Source: a virus
IMG/VR virus record: IMGVR_UViG_3300014913_000007
Span: 32,001-96,000 of that record
DNA: 64,000 nucleotides
Strand: one strand, 5' to 3'
A program made the translations under genes and the position numbers. The notes below the pieces were generated by a model, which was given only the letters and a program-made list of their open reading frames with translations, was not told the DNA's origin and did not search any database. Below are positions 10,024 to 20,418 of this stretch, piece after piece (position 1 is the first letter of the stretch; the number at the start of each line of letters is the position of its first letter).

Positions 10024-10908
10024 ATGATTAATACTAACGCAGATACCTTTGAAACTACTAAAAAAGTAAACAAAAAAGCTCTTAGAAGAAAAGAAAGAGA
10101 AAGAAGACAAGCAGAAAAAAGAGCAAAAGAGAATTTGGTCTATAAACGTATCAGTATTAAAACTATGCTAGAAAATGGTGCCCATTTCGGTCATGACAAG
10201 CAGTATTGGAATCCAAAAATGGCAGTAAACCTGTACGGAACTCGAAATGATGTACATGTTATTAATCTTAGAAGAACATTAGAACTTTGGGCGAGGGTGG
10301 ATGAGTTGATTACTAAGGAAACCGCAAAAGGTAAAACTATTTTATTTGTAGGTACTAAGCAAGCAGCCCGTGATATAGTCCAAAAAGAAGCTGAAAGATG
10401 TGGGTTTTTCTACATGACACACAAATGGCCTGGAGGAGTACTTACTAACTTTAACACTATTAGAAGCTCTATTAAACGAATGGTGGACTTAGAAAAGTTT
10501 ATAAAAAAGGTAGAATCACCAAAATCAAGAATTAAAATAGGTAAAAAAGAACTACTATTTAAACATAGAGAGCTAGAAAAGTTGCAAAAAGTGTTTGACG
10601 GTGTACGAGAAATGAAGGAACTTCCTGATATGGTATTCGTTGTAGATGCCATAGAAGATCGTATTGCTATCACCGAAGCAAGAAAACTCGCTATTCCAGT
10701 AATAGGTTTGGCAGATTCTAATGTGGACCCAAGCCTGTTAGATTATCCAATTCCTGCTAATGATGATGCACGAGGAACAATAAACCTCTTCGTGTCCAAC
10801 GTTGCTGAATCTGCACTAACTGGAAGAAGGATGTACCAAGAAAAGATGGATAAAATAGCCATTGAAAATGCAGAAAAAGCAGAAAACATTATTAAAAACT
10901 TAGAATAG
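10024..10908 (+). CDS. rpsB: 30S ribosomal protein S2 (uS2) with basic N-terminal extension
   Basis: GAHFGH, WNPKM, LFVGTK, WPGGVLTNF, LPD, EARKLAIPVIGLADSNVDP, PANDD. Confidence 0.95.
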   Translation: MINTNADTFETTKKVNKKALRRKERERRQAEKRAKENLVYKRISIKTMLENGAHFGHDKQYWNPKMAVNLYGTRNDVHVINLRRTLELWARVDELITKETAKGKTILFVGTKQAARDIVQKEAERCGFFYMTHKWPGGVLTNFNTIRSSIKRMVDLEKFIKKVESPKSRIKIGKKELLFKHRELEKLQKVFDGVREMKELPDMVFVVDAIEDRIAITEARKLAIPVIGLADSNVDPSLLDYPIPANDDARGTINLFVSNVAESALTGRRMYQEKMDKIAIENAEKAENIIKNLE

Positions 10909-10977
10909 AAGTATAAAACCTAATAAATACATATAACTAAGTATAAACAAAATAAATAAATTAATTACATTATTTAC

Positions 10978-11005
10978 CTAAAGTTTTCCAAGATTCTGTC
11001 GATAA
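10978..11005 (+). promoter_or_regulatory. sigma28/FliA-like promoter
   Basis: TAAA-N15-GTCGATAA. Confidence 0.7.
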
Positions 11006-11047
11006 TACTATTAAGCGAAACAAACAACTTTAAGGAGTTTAATAGTA

Positions 11048-11836
11048 ATGATAAACCGTATAACAAGTATTCTTAAATACAATAACTTACAAAACTCAGA
11101 TAGTATACTCCAGGAACAGAGAGATCCTATTAAAACATCTGATAGATATAATAAAATAGATCACTTAGATATCATTGAAAAATTTAACCAACATGGTTGG
11201 TACATAGTAGACTATCAACAGTTAAAACCTCAAAAAAATGAACGTAGTAAGTATGTTAGGTGGCTGGCAACTTATCAAAATATTGATTTCCAACCTGCTG
11301 GAGAAGAAGCTATTCCACAGATACTTCATCAGGGCAGTCACGATGGTACTAAACCTTTCATACTAAATTATGGTTTATTTAATGTATCCAAACTAAACAG
11401 TGTTGTGGTGGGAGAAAAATCCTTCTCTCCAGTATATCAGAAACATGTTGGAGATGTTCCAGAAGATTTTGAAAGTGCTATGAAGTCTGTAGTAGTGGAA
11501 GTAACTGAATCTATCATATCCACTGTCAAAATGTTTCAGTCTAAAGTATTGTCTGAGGCCCAGGTTAGTGAGTTTGTTCAAGAAGCTTCAGCAATTAGAT
11601 TCTCTCCTGACAAGTATAGCATACCTAATCCAGAATTGTTTTCTATTGGAAGTACTGATAGTCTTTGGTCACTGTTTAATCAAGTACAAAAAAAACTAAC
11701 TTCAGCAGATAGTCTTAAAGTAACTATAAAAAATAGCGGAAAGACTAGAAAAGCCAAACCTCTAAATAATATAGAAGCCTGTATGTGTTTAAAGAAAGAA
11801 CTCTGGAATCTAACTTTAGGCTATCTAGTTAAATAA
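11048..11836 (+). CDS. DUF932/DUF945-like protein
   Basis: SDRY, SHDGT, LWSLFNQVQ, ELW motifs typical of this phage/plasmid family. Confidence 0.65.
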   Translation: MINRITSILKYNNLQNSDSILQEQRDPIKTSDRYNKIDHLDIIEKFNQHGWYIVDYQQLKPQKNERSKYVRWLATYQNIDFQPAGEEAIPQILHQGSHDGTKPFILNYGLFNVSKLNSVVVGEKSFSPVYQKHVGDVPEDFESAMKSVVVEVTESIISTVKMFQSKVLSEAQVSEFVQEASAIRFSPDKYSIPNPELFSIGSTDSLWSLFNQVQKKLTSADSLKVTIKNSGKTRKAKPLNNIEACMCLKKELWNLTLGYLVK

Positions 11837-11863
11837 TTTACTATTTTAGGAAGATATCTTAAA

Positions 11864-13450
11864 ATGAAACACATTAAAGATAAGTGTATATCAATATTAA
11901 ATAAATTTAAGGGCAACCCAAATGTAAACTTCAATCCCTTAGACTTTACTCCCAATCCAATTATAGATATTGATTTAAAAGGTAACATTATATATTTGAA
12001 TCCAAACATACAAGAACTATTTCCATCACTATCGCAAGAATCTTTAAGTCATCCATACTTAGAGGATATAGTGAAATGGTTAAGAATGGTACAAAATGAT
12101 ATGTATGCAAAACCACACACTAAATCATGGTTTAGAGAAGTGAAGGTTGATAGTCAATATTATGAACAAGTATTTCAAAAAACACAGAAATCAGGAATAA
12201 CTAGAATATATGGAACCAATATAAGTAAAAAAGTAAATAAGCTTAACAAACTGACTGAGGAAAGGAACCAAGCAAACGAATTAACTAAGTTAAAAAGTGA
12301 GTTCATAGCTAATATGAGTCATGAAATTAGAACTCCTATGAGTGGTATTATAGGAATTGCCGACATTCTACTTGAAACAGATCTAACAAAAAGTCAAAAT
12401 AGTTACTTAGCAATGCTAAAAGACTCTTCTAAACATCTTTTATTTATACTTAATGATTTGCTGGATCTCTCAAAAGCAGAAACTGGCAAATTGGAGGTTC
12501 TAAAAGAAAAATTTAACTTTAATAAATCTATCGGACACTTGGTAGCTCAATTTAAAGTTACTGCTGAGGAAAAAAATCTACAATTTGAGACAACTATAGA
12601 CTCGAATATACCTAAAGAATTGGTTGGTGATTCTGTAAGACTTACACAGATACTGATTAACTTGTTAGGTAATGCTTTTAAGTTCACTCCTGAGAGTGGA
12701 AGTGTATTATTAGAAGTATTGATAGAAAAAGAATTAAAAGATTCAATAATTCTTCAATTTAAAGTACAAGACTCCGGTATTGGAATACCCCTAAATAAAC
12801 AAAAAGATATACTAAAAGCATTTATTCAAGCAGACAGTTCAGTTACCAAGAAATATGGAGGTACTGGATTAGGATTAGCTATTACTAGTTCCCTGTTGGA
12901 GTTAATGGATTCTAGCCTAAAATTAGTAAGTACTGAAGGTAACGGATCAACTTTTTCCTTCTCACTCAAAGTATTGAAACCTGAAAAAAAAGATAAGGAA
13001 GTACCAGTAAATAATGAAGACTTGAAAAAAATACTAAATAAAGCAAAAACGGTTAAAAATACATATGACATATTGATTGTGGAAGATGATGAAGTTAATA
13101 AAAAGATAGCAAACTATGTCCTCGCAGAGGCAGGACATACAGTTAAAACTGCATCAAATGGTTTGGAGTGCATGGAATTAGTAAAGAAACATGTATTTGA
13201 CTTAATACTGATGGACTGTCAAATGCCTGAAATGGACGGATTTGAAGCTGTAACTGCAATACGTCAAAGGGAACGTATACTAGGTGTAAGAGTACCTATT
13301 ATAGCCCTTACAGCCCTTGCTATGAAAGATGATAAAGACAAATGCCTTGAAGTGGGTATGGATGTATATATTAGAAAGCCATTCGAAAAGGTTAAGCTAC
13401 TTAAGATGATAGAAAAATTAATTGAAAAATCTAGAAAAATTGACAAATAG
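11864..13450 (+). CDS. cytoplasmic hybrid histidine kinase (PAS-HisKA-HATPase-REC)
   Basis: ANMSHEIRTP H-box, NLLGNAFKFT, DSGIG, GGTGLGL, receiver DCQMPEMDG. Confidence 0.95.
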   Translation: MKHIKDKCISILNKFKGNPNVNFNPLDFTPNPIIDIDLKGNIIYLNPNIQELFPSLSQESLSHPYLEDIVKWLRMVQNDMYAKPHTKSWFREVKVDSQYYEQVFQKTQKSGITRIYGTNISKKVNKLNKLTEERNQANELTKLKSEFIANMSHEIRTPMSGIIGIADILLETDLTKSQNSYLAMLKDSSKHLLFILNDLLDLSKAETGKLEVLKEKFNFNKSIGHLVAQFKVTAEEKNLQFETTIDSNIPKELVGDSVRLTQILINLLGNAFKFTPESGSVLLEVLIEKELKDSIILQFKVQDSGIGIPLNKQKDILKAFIQADSSVTKKYGGTGLGLAITSSLLELMDSSLKLVSTEGNGSTFSFSLKVLKPEKKDKEVPVNNEDLKKILNKAKTVKNTYDILIVEDDEVNKKIANYVLAEAGHTVKTASNGLECMELVKKHVFDLILMDCQMPEMDGFEAVTAIRQRERILGVRVPIIALTALAMKDDKDKCLEVGMDVYIRKPFEKVKLLKMIEKLIEKSRKIDK

Positions 13451-13501
13451 CTTATAATTTAGTATACTATTGAATAATAACTTATTACTCAGGAGTATAC
13501 T

Positions 13502-14650
13502 ATGTCCAACTTTTCAGCGCCCGTAGTAGAATTCACTATTGAAAAACACCCCAATGCCGACTTACTCTCTATAGCACACGTAGAAGGATGGCAATGTATT
13601 GTAAAGACTGCAGATTTTAAAAATGAAACATTAGGTGTATATGTACCCTTAGACGCTGTAGCAGATAAGGATCATCCTCTACTTGACTTCATGAACGGAA
13701 AGAAGGTAAAAACTATAAAGCTTAGAAAAGTAATCTCTCAAGGTATCTTACTTCCATTGTCCACTGTGGAAAAGTTCGTAAGAAGTAAGGGGTACCAGGA
13801 GACCCTCCAGGTAGGAGATGATTTACATACACTTCTAGAGCTTAAAAAGTGGGAGCCTGTATTTAAGCCTCAAGGACTAAATGTCTCTGGTGGTAGTGAG
13901 GCTTACCTAGAATCTCCTGGATGGATGGGTAAGTATACTGACATAGAAAATTGGAATAATCACCCTAATACAATAAAAGAGGGAGAAATAGTGAGTATTA
14001 CCGAAAAGTTACACGGATCCAGTGCAAGATACGGAATCGTGGATGGTGAATTCTACGTAGGTTCTAGGAATAGAATTTTAAGGTTAGATCCATACATCTC
14101 AAGAATGGATCAACGTAAATGGGATTCACGACCTTTCTTTCAAAGATTCAAGGATTTTATATTGAGAAAGAAAGTTAAACTTACTACACCTAGGGAAACA
14201 GTCTGGACTAAGATAGCTAGAAAACAAGGAATACGTAGTAAACTAAGGTATTTATCCTTTAACTTTGCGGAAGGTGGTAATGTAGCTATTTACGGTGAAA
14301 TAGTTGGTCCTGGGGTACAGGATCTTGAATACGGACTAGAGGAAGTAGATCTATACCTTTACGATATAAGAATTGAAGGTAGGAGTGGAGATAAATACAT
14401 AAGTCCTCCAGAGTTTAGGGAAATGGCAGGTAATATCAAGCTAAAAACTGTACCACTATTGAAGGAAGGCCCTTTCGAATTAGCTGATTTGGAGCTTAGG
14501 AAGGGTAAAGACACTATTAATACTAAGCATGTGCGAGAAGGTATCGTTATAGAGCCTACAAAGCTTCAGTTTGACAAGGGATTAGGTAGGGTAATACTTA
14601 AGAGGGTATCAGAAAATTACCTTCTTAGAAAGAATGGGACTGACTATTAA
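13502..14650 (+). CDS. RNA ligase, DRB0094/Rnl5 family
   Basis: HPNADLL OB-like N-terminus, TEKLHG (motif I), YGE, REGIV, terminal K. Confidence 0.9.
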   Translation: MSNFSAPVVEFTIEKHPNADLLSIAHVEGWQCIVKTADFKNETLGVYVPLDAVADKDHPLLDFMNGKKVKTIKLRKVISQGILLPLSTVEKFVRSKGYQETLQVGDDLHTLLELKKWEPVFKPQGLNVSGGSEAYLESPGWMGKYTDIENWNNHPNTIKEGEIVSITEKLHGSSARYGIVDGEFYVGSRNRILRLDPYISRMDQRKWDSRPFFQRFKDFILRKKVKLTTPRETVWTKIARKQGIRSKLRYLSFNFAEGGNVAIYGEIVGPGVQDLEYGLEEVDLYLYDIRIEGRSGDKYISPPEFREMAGNIKLKTVPLLKEGPFELADLELRKGKDTINTKHVREGIVIEPTKLQFDKGLGRVILKRVSENYLLRKNGTDY

Positions 14651-14946
14651 TGACTGATAAAAAGATACCACTAATCTATGGACATAATTCAGTAGGTGTT
14701 GACAGAGGTATAGCCATAAGAATTAGAACTGAATCAGATTACATATCTAAGCTGTGTAAGATGTTTGAGCAGAACTTTGATGCTAGAACTAACCAACTAA
14801 TAAGTGCTTATAATAAAGTAGAGAATATTAAGGATAAACTTGAAGAATTGAAAAGATTACTTAAGACTGGAGCACCTCAAAAGGATATAGATAGTCTTGT
14901 AAGTAATTTACGTGCTAATATTAAAGATGCAGAGGACCTAATATAA
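14650..14946 (+). CDS. hypothetical protein
   Basis: translationally coupled ORF. Confidence 0.6.
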   Translation: MTDKKIPLIYGHNSVGVDRGIAIRIRTESDYISKLCKMFEQNFDARTNQLISAYNKVENIKDKLEELKRLLKTGAPQKDIDSLVSNLRANIKDAEDLI

Positions 14947-15248
14947 TGAGTGACAACGGATATAAAAAAGAAAAGCTGGACTATAGTTCTTTAGCCAGTA
15001 AAGCCTTCCACAATAAAGATGATGGAGCATTATTCAAAGAAATGCGTATACTTATAGAGAGTAGTAATAAACTTGACAAGTCAAAAATGGGAGAATTTGA
15101 GCAGGTTGAAATAGATAAGCACTTTATAGATTTACTTCAAAACGTCTTCATACCTAGATTACTTGAGAATAATGAACTAGTTACAGATAAATGTGCTGGT
15201 GACCTTTCTTGCTTCATACATGAACTATTTGACGAATTTAACAAATAA
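14946..15248 (+). CDS. hypothetical protein
   Basis: translationally coupled ORF. Confidence 0.6.
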   Translation: MSDNGYKKEKLDYSSLASKAFHNKDDGALFKEMRILIESSNKLDKSKMGEFEQVEIDKHFIDLLQNVFIPRLLENNELVTDKCAGDLSCFIHELFDEFNK

Positions 15249-15390
15249 TTACTTGCTATTTCCTTAAAATATTGATATACTTATAATAGGTTATGATTTA
15301 ACTAATTTATTTTAAATTAGATGATGCGGATTGGACTATTTTAAATAGGAGACAAGCAATATAGAAGACAGGAGTTAATTATAAATTAAC

Positions 15391-16488
15391 GTGATCAAAA
15401 CAGATACTATAACTAAAACACCTAAAAAGTCAAAAAAATCAACTACTAAAACAAAAAGCAAAACAAAACCAACTAAAAAAGTAACTAAATCTACTAAGAA
15501 AACTGATTATAAATTTGTAAATTACTTTCAATCAGAACCTCAACTAGACGAAATAACACATAAATCTGACCCAGAAGATATCCTTAATGCTTATGAAAGA
15601 ATTATATGGGTTACAGCTAAAAAACACTACAAAATGGGAAGAACATCTACCGAACTAGAGGATTTAATCGCTCAAGGTCAATTAGGTGTGTGTGAAGCTA
15701 TAAAAAGATACAAAAACCCAAACACTAGACCAAGATATAAATTTCACATGCTATGTTTATATAATATACGTGATTATATCTTTAAGTATTGTATCCGTAA
15801 TGTAAATCAATTAAAAACTCCTGTTTACATTCAAAGAGAACTAATGCATGTAGCTCAAATATTTCAATTAATGAATAACCAAACAGTGGCAGAAGCTATC
15901 TTAAAGAGAGAAGGTCCGTCTACTGAAAGTGAAATAATAGCATTCATCTATGATGAAGATGAAAGATTGCCTTTAAAATCAAAAACTTTTATAAAGAAGC
16001 AGATTAATAAAAAAGTAAATAAAAAAGAATTCGAACAAATATATAATGGAATTATAAGTCATGAATTAGGAAGTAGACACTCCTATGTAAAAAATAATTT
16101 AAGTGATGTTGGGAAAATACTACATATTAAAGAAAAAATTTGGTACACTTTTAAAAGTAATAATATGAAATATGAAAGAGGAATTAAACTTATCCTCTCT
16201 GCTAAACAATCTCAAGACTCATTAGATGCTGCAATACACTCACCCATACCAAAGGAAGTAATAGAACAAAACGTAGCACAAAAACAATTAATAGATCATG
16301 GATCTAAGATATGTGGTAAATTAAACTTTAGAATACTATTTGAAAATAAGTGCATGGATATGAACTATGCAGAAATATCTAAAACACACAATATTAAAAA
16401 AAACATGGTAACGGATATAATCAAAAAATCTATAAAATTATTGCAAAAAGATCCAGTGTTCCAAGAAATGTTTAAGGAGCTATTTTAA
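15391..16488 (+). CDS. phage RNA polymerase sigma factor (sigma70 family)
   Basis: region-2 EDLIAQGQLGVCEAIKRY; C-terminal HTH MNYAEISKTHNI. Confidence 0.8.
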   Translation: MIKTDTITKTPKKSKKSTTKTKSKTKPTKKVTKSTKKTDYKFVNYFQSEPQLDEITHKSDPEDILNAYERIIWVTAKKHYKMGRTSTELEDLIAQGQLGVCEAIKRYKNPNTRPRYKFHMLCLYNIRDYIFKYCIRNVNQLKTPVYIQRELMHVAQIFQLMNNQTVAEAILKREGPSTESEIIAFIYDEDERLPLKSKTFIKKQINKKVNKKEFEQIYNGIISHELGSRHSYVKNNLSDVGKILHIKEKIWYTFKSNNMKYERGIKLILSAKQSQDSLDAAIHSPIPKEVIEQNVAQKQLIDHGSKICGKLNFRILFENKCMDMNYAEISKTHNIKKNMVTDIIKKSIKLLQKDPVFQEMFKELF

Positions 16489-17507
16489 TGACAGTGACTA
16501 TATTAGAGGTTGGAGATCCAGCTATTCCTGTAGTAAATGCGGATTACCTAGATCCAGTAACCGACACTGAAATGACCTTCCCAACTCAAGGTATAGTTGG
16601 TACAGTATTAAAAAGTGAAACTTATGGTAATTATGTAGAAAGTGATGAACCTATCTATCAATATCTATTAACTTTTGACCCTCCCGTCGAGACGACAGCA
16701 GATGTAGTCACAGCCGACGATGATGGAATAGAAACTTCTAACCAGCAGCTATTTACAGCATCTGAAATATGGTTTTCAGATGTGGACTTAGGATTATCGG
16801 ATGAAGTAGACCCTTTCGAATTGGATAGTCAGGCTATTCAAAATACAATAGATGAAGGTAAACAGAGGTCCACAGCTAATTTATCTACAGTTCAAAGTAT
16901 AAGTGCATCTGTAGGGCAGGAGGATGTAGTAAATACTTCTGATTATGGAGGGCCAGATATATTGGCCTCTTCAGATACATTAACTGCCTTAGTTGGAACA
17001 TTAGATAATATTGAGGATGTAAATGGGAAAACAAGTGATGAAATAGACAACCAAGCTTACAAATATGAGAAAGAAGCTAGCAGTGTTGCAGACAACTCCG
17101 ATATCTTTGCTGAGTATGTAGATAATTTATACTCACAGAGGCAAGTGGAGCAAGAAAAGGAGGATGAGAGACATCGATATTCTGAGCAAGGTGCAGAACA
17201 GCAACAACAAGCAGACGTAGAAGATGCTCAAAACTCGAAGGAATATTATGATGCACACATAGACTTAGGACATTTGGAAAATCCTTTCACACTAACTGAA
17301 AATTTTGATGAGTATAACCTATCAGAGGAGGCTGAAGAGACTCTACTAGATTCCATTGAGGAAGTAGTTAATAATCTAAATAGTAGCTTATTAGGACCCG
17401 ATGATCCAGCTCCTACACTTTTTACAATAGAAAGAACTACTAGCACTGTACAACCAGAACCAGAATCAACTAGTTACCCTACATCTCCAGAAGAAGCAGA
17501 AGAATAG
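16488..17507 (+). CDS. very acidic hypothetical protein
   Basis: 339-aa D/E-rich ORF coupled to the sigma gene. Confidence 0.7.
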   Translation: MTVTILEVGDPAIPVVNADYLDPVTDTEMTFPTQGIVGTVLKSETYGNYVESDEPIYQYLLTFDPPVETTADVVTADDDGIETSNQQLFTASEIWFSDVDLGLSDEVDPFELDSQAIQNTIDEGKQRSTANLSTVQSISASVGQEDVVNTSDYGGPDILASSDTLTALVGTLDNIEDVNGKTSDEIDNQAYKYEKEASSVADNSDIFAEYVDNLYSQRQVEQEKEDERHRYSEQGAEQQQQADVEDAQNSKEYYDAHIDLGHLENPFTLTENFDEYNLSEEAEETLLDSIEEVVNNLNSSLLGPDDPAPTLFTIERTTSTVQPEPESTSYPTSPEEAEE

Positions 17508-17529
17508 TCATTCTATTTTGTAAAAAAAA

Positions 17530-17558
17530 TTAAAGTTATACATAATAAATGTCGATAC
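17530..17558 (+). promoter_or_regulatory. sigma28/FliA-like promoter
   Basis: TAAA-N16-GTCGATAC; ATG 6 nt downstream. Confidence 0.6.
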
Positions 17559-17564
17559 TAACGT

Positions 17565-18536
17565 ATGGACATAATAAAGAACATACAAGTACCGACTGGA
17601 AACATACTTATAGTATCTGGAGATAAAGGAAACTTAGAATTCCTATCTATTGGGGATTACGGAAAAGAAGCCAATTTGAAGTGTGACGCTTTGGGACTAA
17701 CTAGGGAAATAGGTAAGGTCCAACACGTTGAAATGTTACCACTATCTGAAAAGTGGGTAATAACTGTGTCAACTCAATATGGTTGCTCGATGAACTGTAC
17801 ATTTTGTGATGTACCTAAGGTTGGTCCTGGTATAAATGTGACTCTCGATGATCTTATCCAACAAATATCACTAGGTTTAGGGCTACATCCTGAAGTGAAA
17901 AGTGGGAAAAGATTGAACGTTCACTATGCCAGGATGGGGGAACCTACCTTTAATCCTGAAGTTCTAAGATCAGCCTATGCATTACAACTATTACTAAAGG
18001 ATTTTGATACTGTTCACCCAGTTGTATCCACTATGATGCCCAAAAATAATAAATTCTTAAAGAAATTTCTAAATGAGTGGATGTATATAAAGAATGAAAT
18101 TTTTCAGGGGGAGGCTGGCCTACAGTTGAGTTTAAATAGTACCTGTGAGCAAGAAAGAAAACTAATGTTCTCTGGTAATTCTTTAAGTCTATCAGATATT
18201 TCAGATGTAGTTTCAGCTTATAGACCTAAAGGTAGAAAGATTACACTAAATTTTGCTGTTGCAGACTACACTATAGATCCGAGTGTACTATTGAAATATT
18301 TTGATCCTAAATACTTTATAATAAAACTTACACCTATGCATAAAACTCATACTGCCTTAAAGAACAGTATAAAAACTAATGGAGATTACACAACTTTTTA
18401 TCCATATAAACAACACGAAAAAACACTTAAGTCTGTTGGATATGATGTATTAGTATTTATAGCATCTGTAGAAGAGGACCTAGGTAGAATAACTTGTGGT
18501 AATGCTATACTATCAGGATCTACTCCAGATTACTAA
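17565..18536 (+). CDS. RlmN/Cfr-like radical SAM protein
   Basis: STQYGCSMNCTFC, MGEP, LQLSLNS, C-terminal CGN. Confidence 0.8.
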   Translation: MDIIKNIQVPTGNILIVSGDKGNLEFLSIGDYGKEANLKCDALGLTREIGKVQHVEMLPLSEKWVITVSTQYGCSMNCTFCDVPKVGPGINVTLDDLIQQISLGLGLHPEVKSGKRLNVHYARMGEPTFNPEVLRSAYALQLLLKDFDTVHPVVSTMMPKNNKFLKKFLNEWMYIKNEIFQGEAGLQLSLNSTCEQERKLMFSGNSLSLSDISDVVSAYRPKGRKITLNFAVADYTIDPSVLLKYFDPKYFIIKLTPMHKTHTALKNSIKTNGDYTTFYPYKQHEKTLKSVGYDVLVFIASVEEDLGRITCGNAILSGSTPDY

Positions 18537-18589
18537 AAAAAGAGGAAGAAATTTCTTTCTCCCTCTTAAATACCTTGCCTTTTTTAAGA

Positions 18590-19459
18590 CTAGAACTTTT
18601 TAATAGATGTTCTCTTCCATTTATTTGTCTCGACTGCCACATAAATAAAGTCATCATCAAGAACCAAAGATCCTGAGATTCCTGTATCTGTTTCTGAGGC
18701 TGGAACTGAACCACCCTCTAACACTGTTAAACCTTCAACAACAAGATCACCTGTCACGGCGAGATTTCCACCTATATAACCTGCTTGATTACCAATAATT
18801 CCACCTGGAACATTATCAGCAAACAAAGTAGCGACAGCTATGTCATCTGCTAAATTACTTCCTACAGATACATCTCTCTCAACTTTGCAAGACATAATAT
18901 AAGGGGCAGCTCCAGCACTGGTAAATTCAGTTACTGGAATTGTAAATGAACATAGAGTTAATTCATCCTGGTCTGCAGCCCCTACTGAAAGAGTCTGAGT
19001 CTTAGATAATACTAAGGCTCCTGCTGATGGATCATCACCTAGTTCAAAAATGTCATAAGTTAAATCAAATTTAACGGATGCTGGGCCATTTGCTTTAGGA
19101 GCGTAGAACATTCTAACCTGGATATCAGCTGCTGGCTGAGCGGGTACCGAAAATGAAAATCTAAAAGATGTATCAACAGTATCCTCCATAATAATAACGT
19201 CTAAATGACCTAAAGTATCTCCAACCGTACCACTAACATTAGAAACGTCATCAATCATTACGATACCACTGGCTACTGAATAGTCAATACCCGACAGTTC
19301 GTTATCGATTCCTTCTAATATAGTCTGTACGTCACCACCTGAAACTATGGTTAAAGTAGAATCATCTACCTCAACTCCTGATGCAGCTAGAACTTCCTCT
19401 GCCCAATCACTTCCTGTCCAACGTACTGCACGTCTTTGATTAGCTGTAAAATTAATCAT
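18590..19459 (-). CDS. putative virion structural/fibre protein
   Basis: acidic, G/S/V-rich; shares the VDDST..SG..VQ.IL..ID module with 37419-38075. Confidence 0.6.
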   Translation of the reverse strand: MINFTANQRRAVRWTGSDWAEEVLAASGVEVDDSTLTIVSGGDVQTILEGIDNELSGIDYSVASGIVMIDDVSNVSGTVGDTLGHLDVIIMEDTVDTSFRFSFSVPAQPAADIQVRMFYAPKANGPASVKFDLTYDIFELGDDPSAGALVLSKTQTLSVGAADQDELTLCSFTIPVTEFTSAGAAPYIMSCKVERDVSVGSNLADDIAVATLFADNVPGGIIGNQAGYIGGNLAVTGDLVVEGLTVLEGGSVPASETDTGISGSLVLDDDFIYVAVETNKWKRTSIKKF

Positions 19460-19654
19460 AGAATTTATACCTCATGCATGTTTTTTACTAAAGCTTATAG
19501 TAATAAGTAAAAATAGAGCTATTTCATACTTATCAAAGGTTATATAGTACTAAAATAACTTTATAATTTCTAGATAATTGCTTCCTATACAAAAATATGC
19601 TACAATATACTTAAGGAGCAATATCAAGTACATAAGTACCTGATACAACTAACT

Positions 19655-20176
19655 ATGCCTAAAATAGAAGGAATATATCTCCGTAAGGACTTAAAAGAGT
19701 ATATTACAGAATCTTTTGTAAAAAGATACTCTATTAATTTAAATAATTGGATAGAACCTTTTGCCTACTGGGATCAGTATAATCAAAGTGTACTAAGTAA
19801 TGGATCTGTTCCTGATGGTACGTATGTATTACTTGGTAACGTAAAATATCCAAGCGTAAATAAACTGTCTTTTCATAATATCTATCAGTTTAATGTTGTT
19901 AGATTATTAGGAAGTGATGTCACTTTCTCTGGGAACTTTAATGAATACGTAGGTTTATCTAAATCAGTTCCACTGAGACCAGTGTTTCCTCTATTTAAGC
20001 TAGATCAAGCACGTTCCTTCAATAAGGCGAGAAATGTATTTATAAGAGAGTTAAACAAACCTTTGACTCATTTAGAATTAAATGCTAAGATAGAACAAGC
20101 AAAACCAGGATCTATAACGGATAAATTATATAGATTAAGATTAGCTTTAGAAACCGATATACTTAAGGAGAAATAA
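19655..20176 (+). CDS. hypothetical protein
   Basis: 173-aa ORF. Confidence 0.6.
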   Translation: MPKIEGIYLRKDLKEYITESFVKRYSINLNNWIEPFAYWDQYNQSVLSNGSVPDGTYVLLGNVKYPSVNKLSFHNIYQFNVVRLLGSDVTFSGNFNEYVGLSKSVPLRPVFPLFKLDQARSFNKARNVFIRELNKPLTHLELNAKIEQAKPGSITDKLYRLRLALETDILKEK

Positions 20177-20178
20177 CA

Positions 20179-20418
20179 ATGGCAACAGATGTAGAAGTTT
20201 TAACAGTAGGTGTTTCAGTTGAGAGTCCTACTTTTGATAGTGATTTAGCACTTGCTATACAAACTGCTATACTAGATTTAGGATCACCTTTTGATACTTC
20301 ATTTGATATAGTTTCAATTACGCCCCTTCCAGGAGGAGGAAGAGCTAAGATAGCGGGGGATTCTAATGAAGCAAAAACTGTTAAATTACAAAGATATACA
20401 GTAATAGTACAGGCTTAA
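20179..20418 (+). CDS. small hypothetical (possibly virion) protein
   Basis: AGGAG RBS, 79 aa. Confidence 0.65.
   Translation: MATDVEVLTVGVSVESPTFDSDLALAIQTAILDLGSPFDTSFDIVSITPLPGGGRAKIAGDSNEAKTVKLQRYTVIVQA

Noticed and set aside
10024-13450. Bacterial chromosome origin (rpsB, kinase)
   Set aside because: No tsf or ribosomal operon context; surrounded by phage-type genes with similar composition
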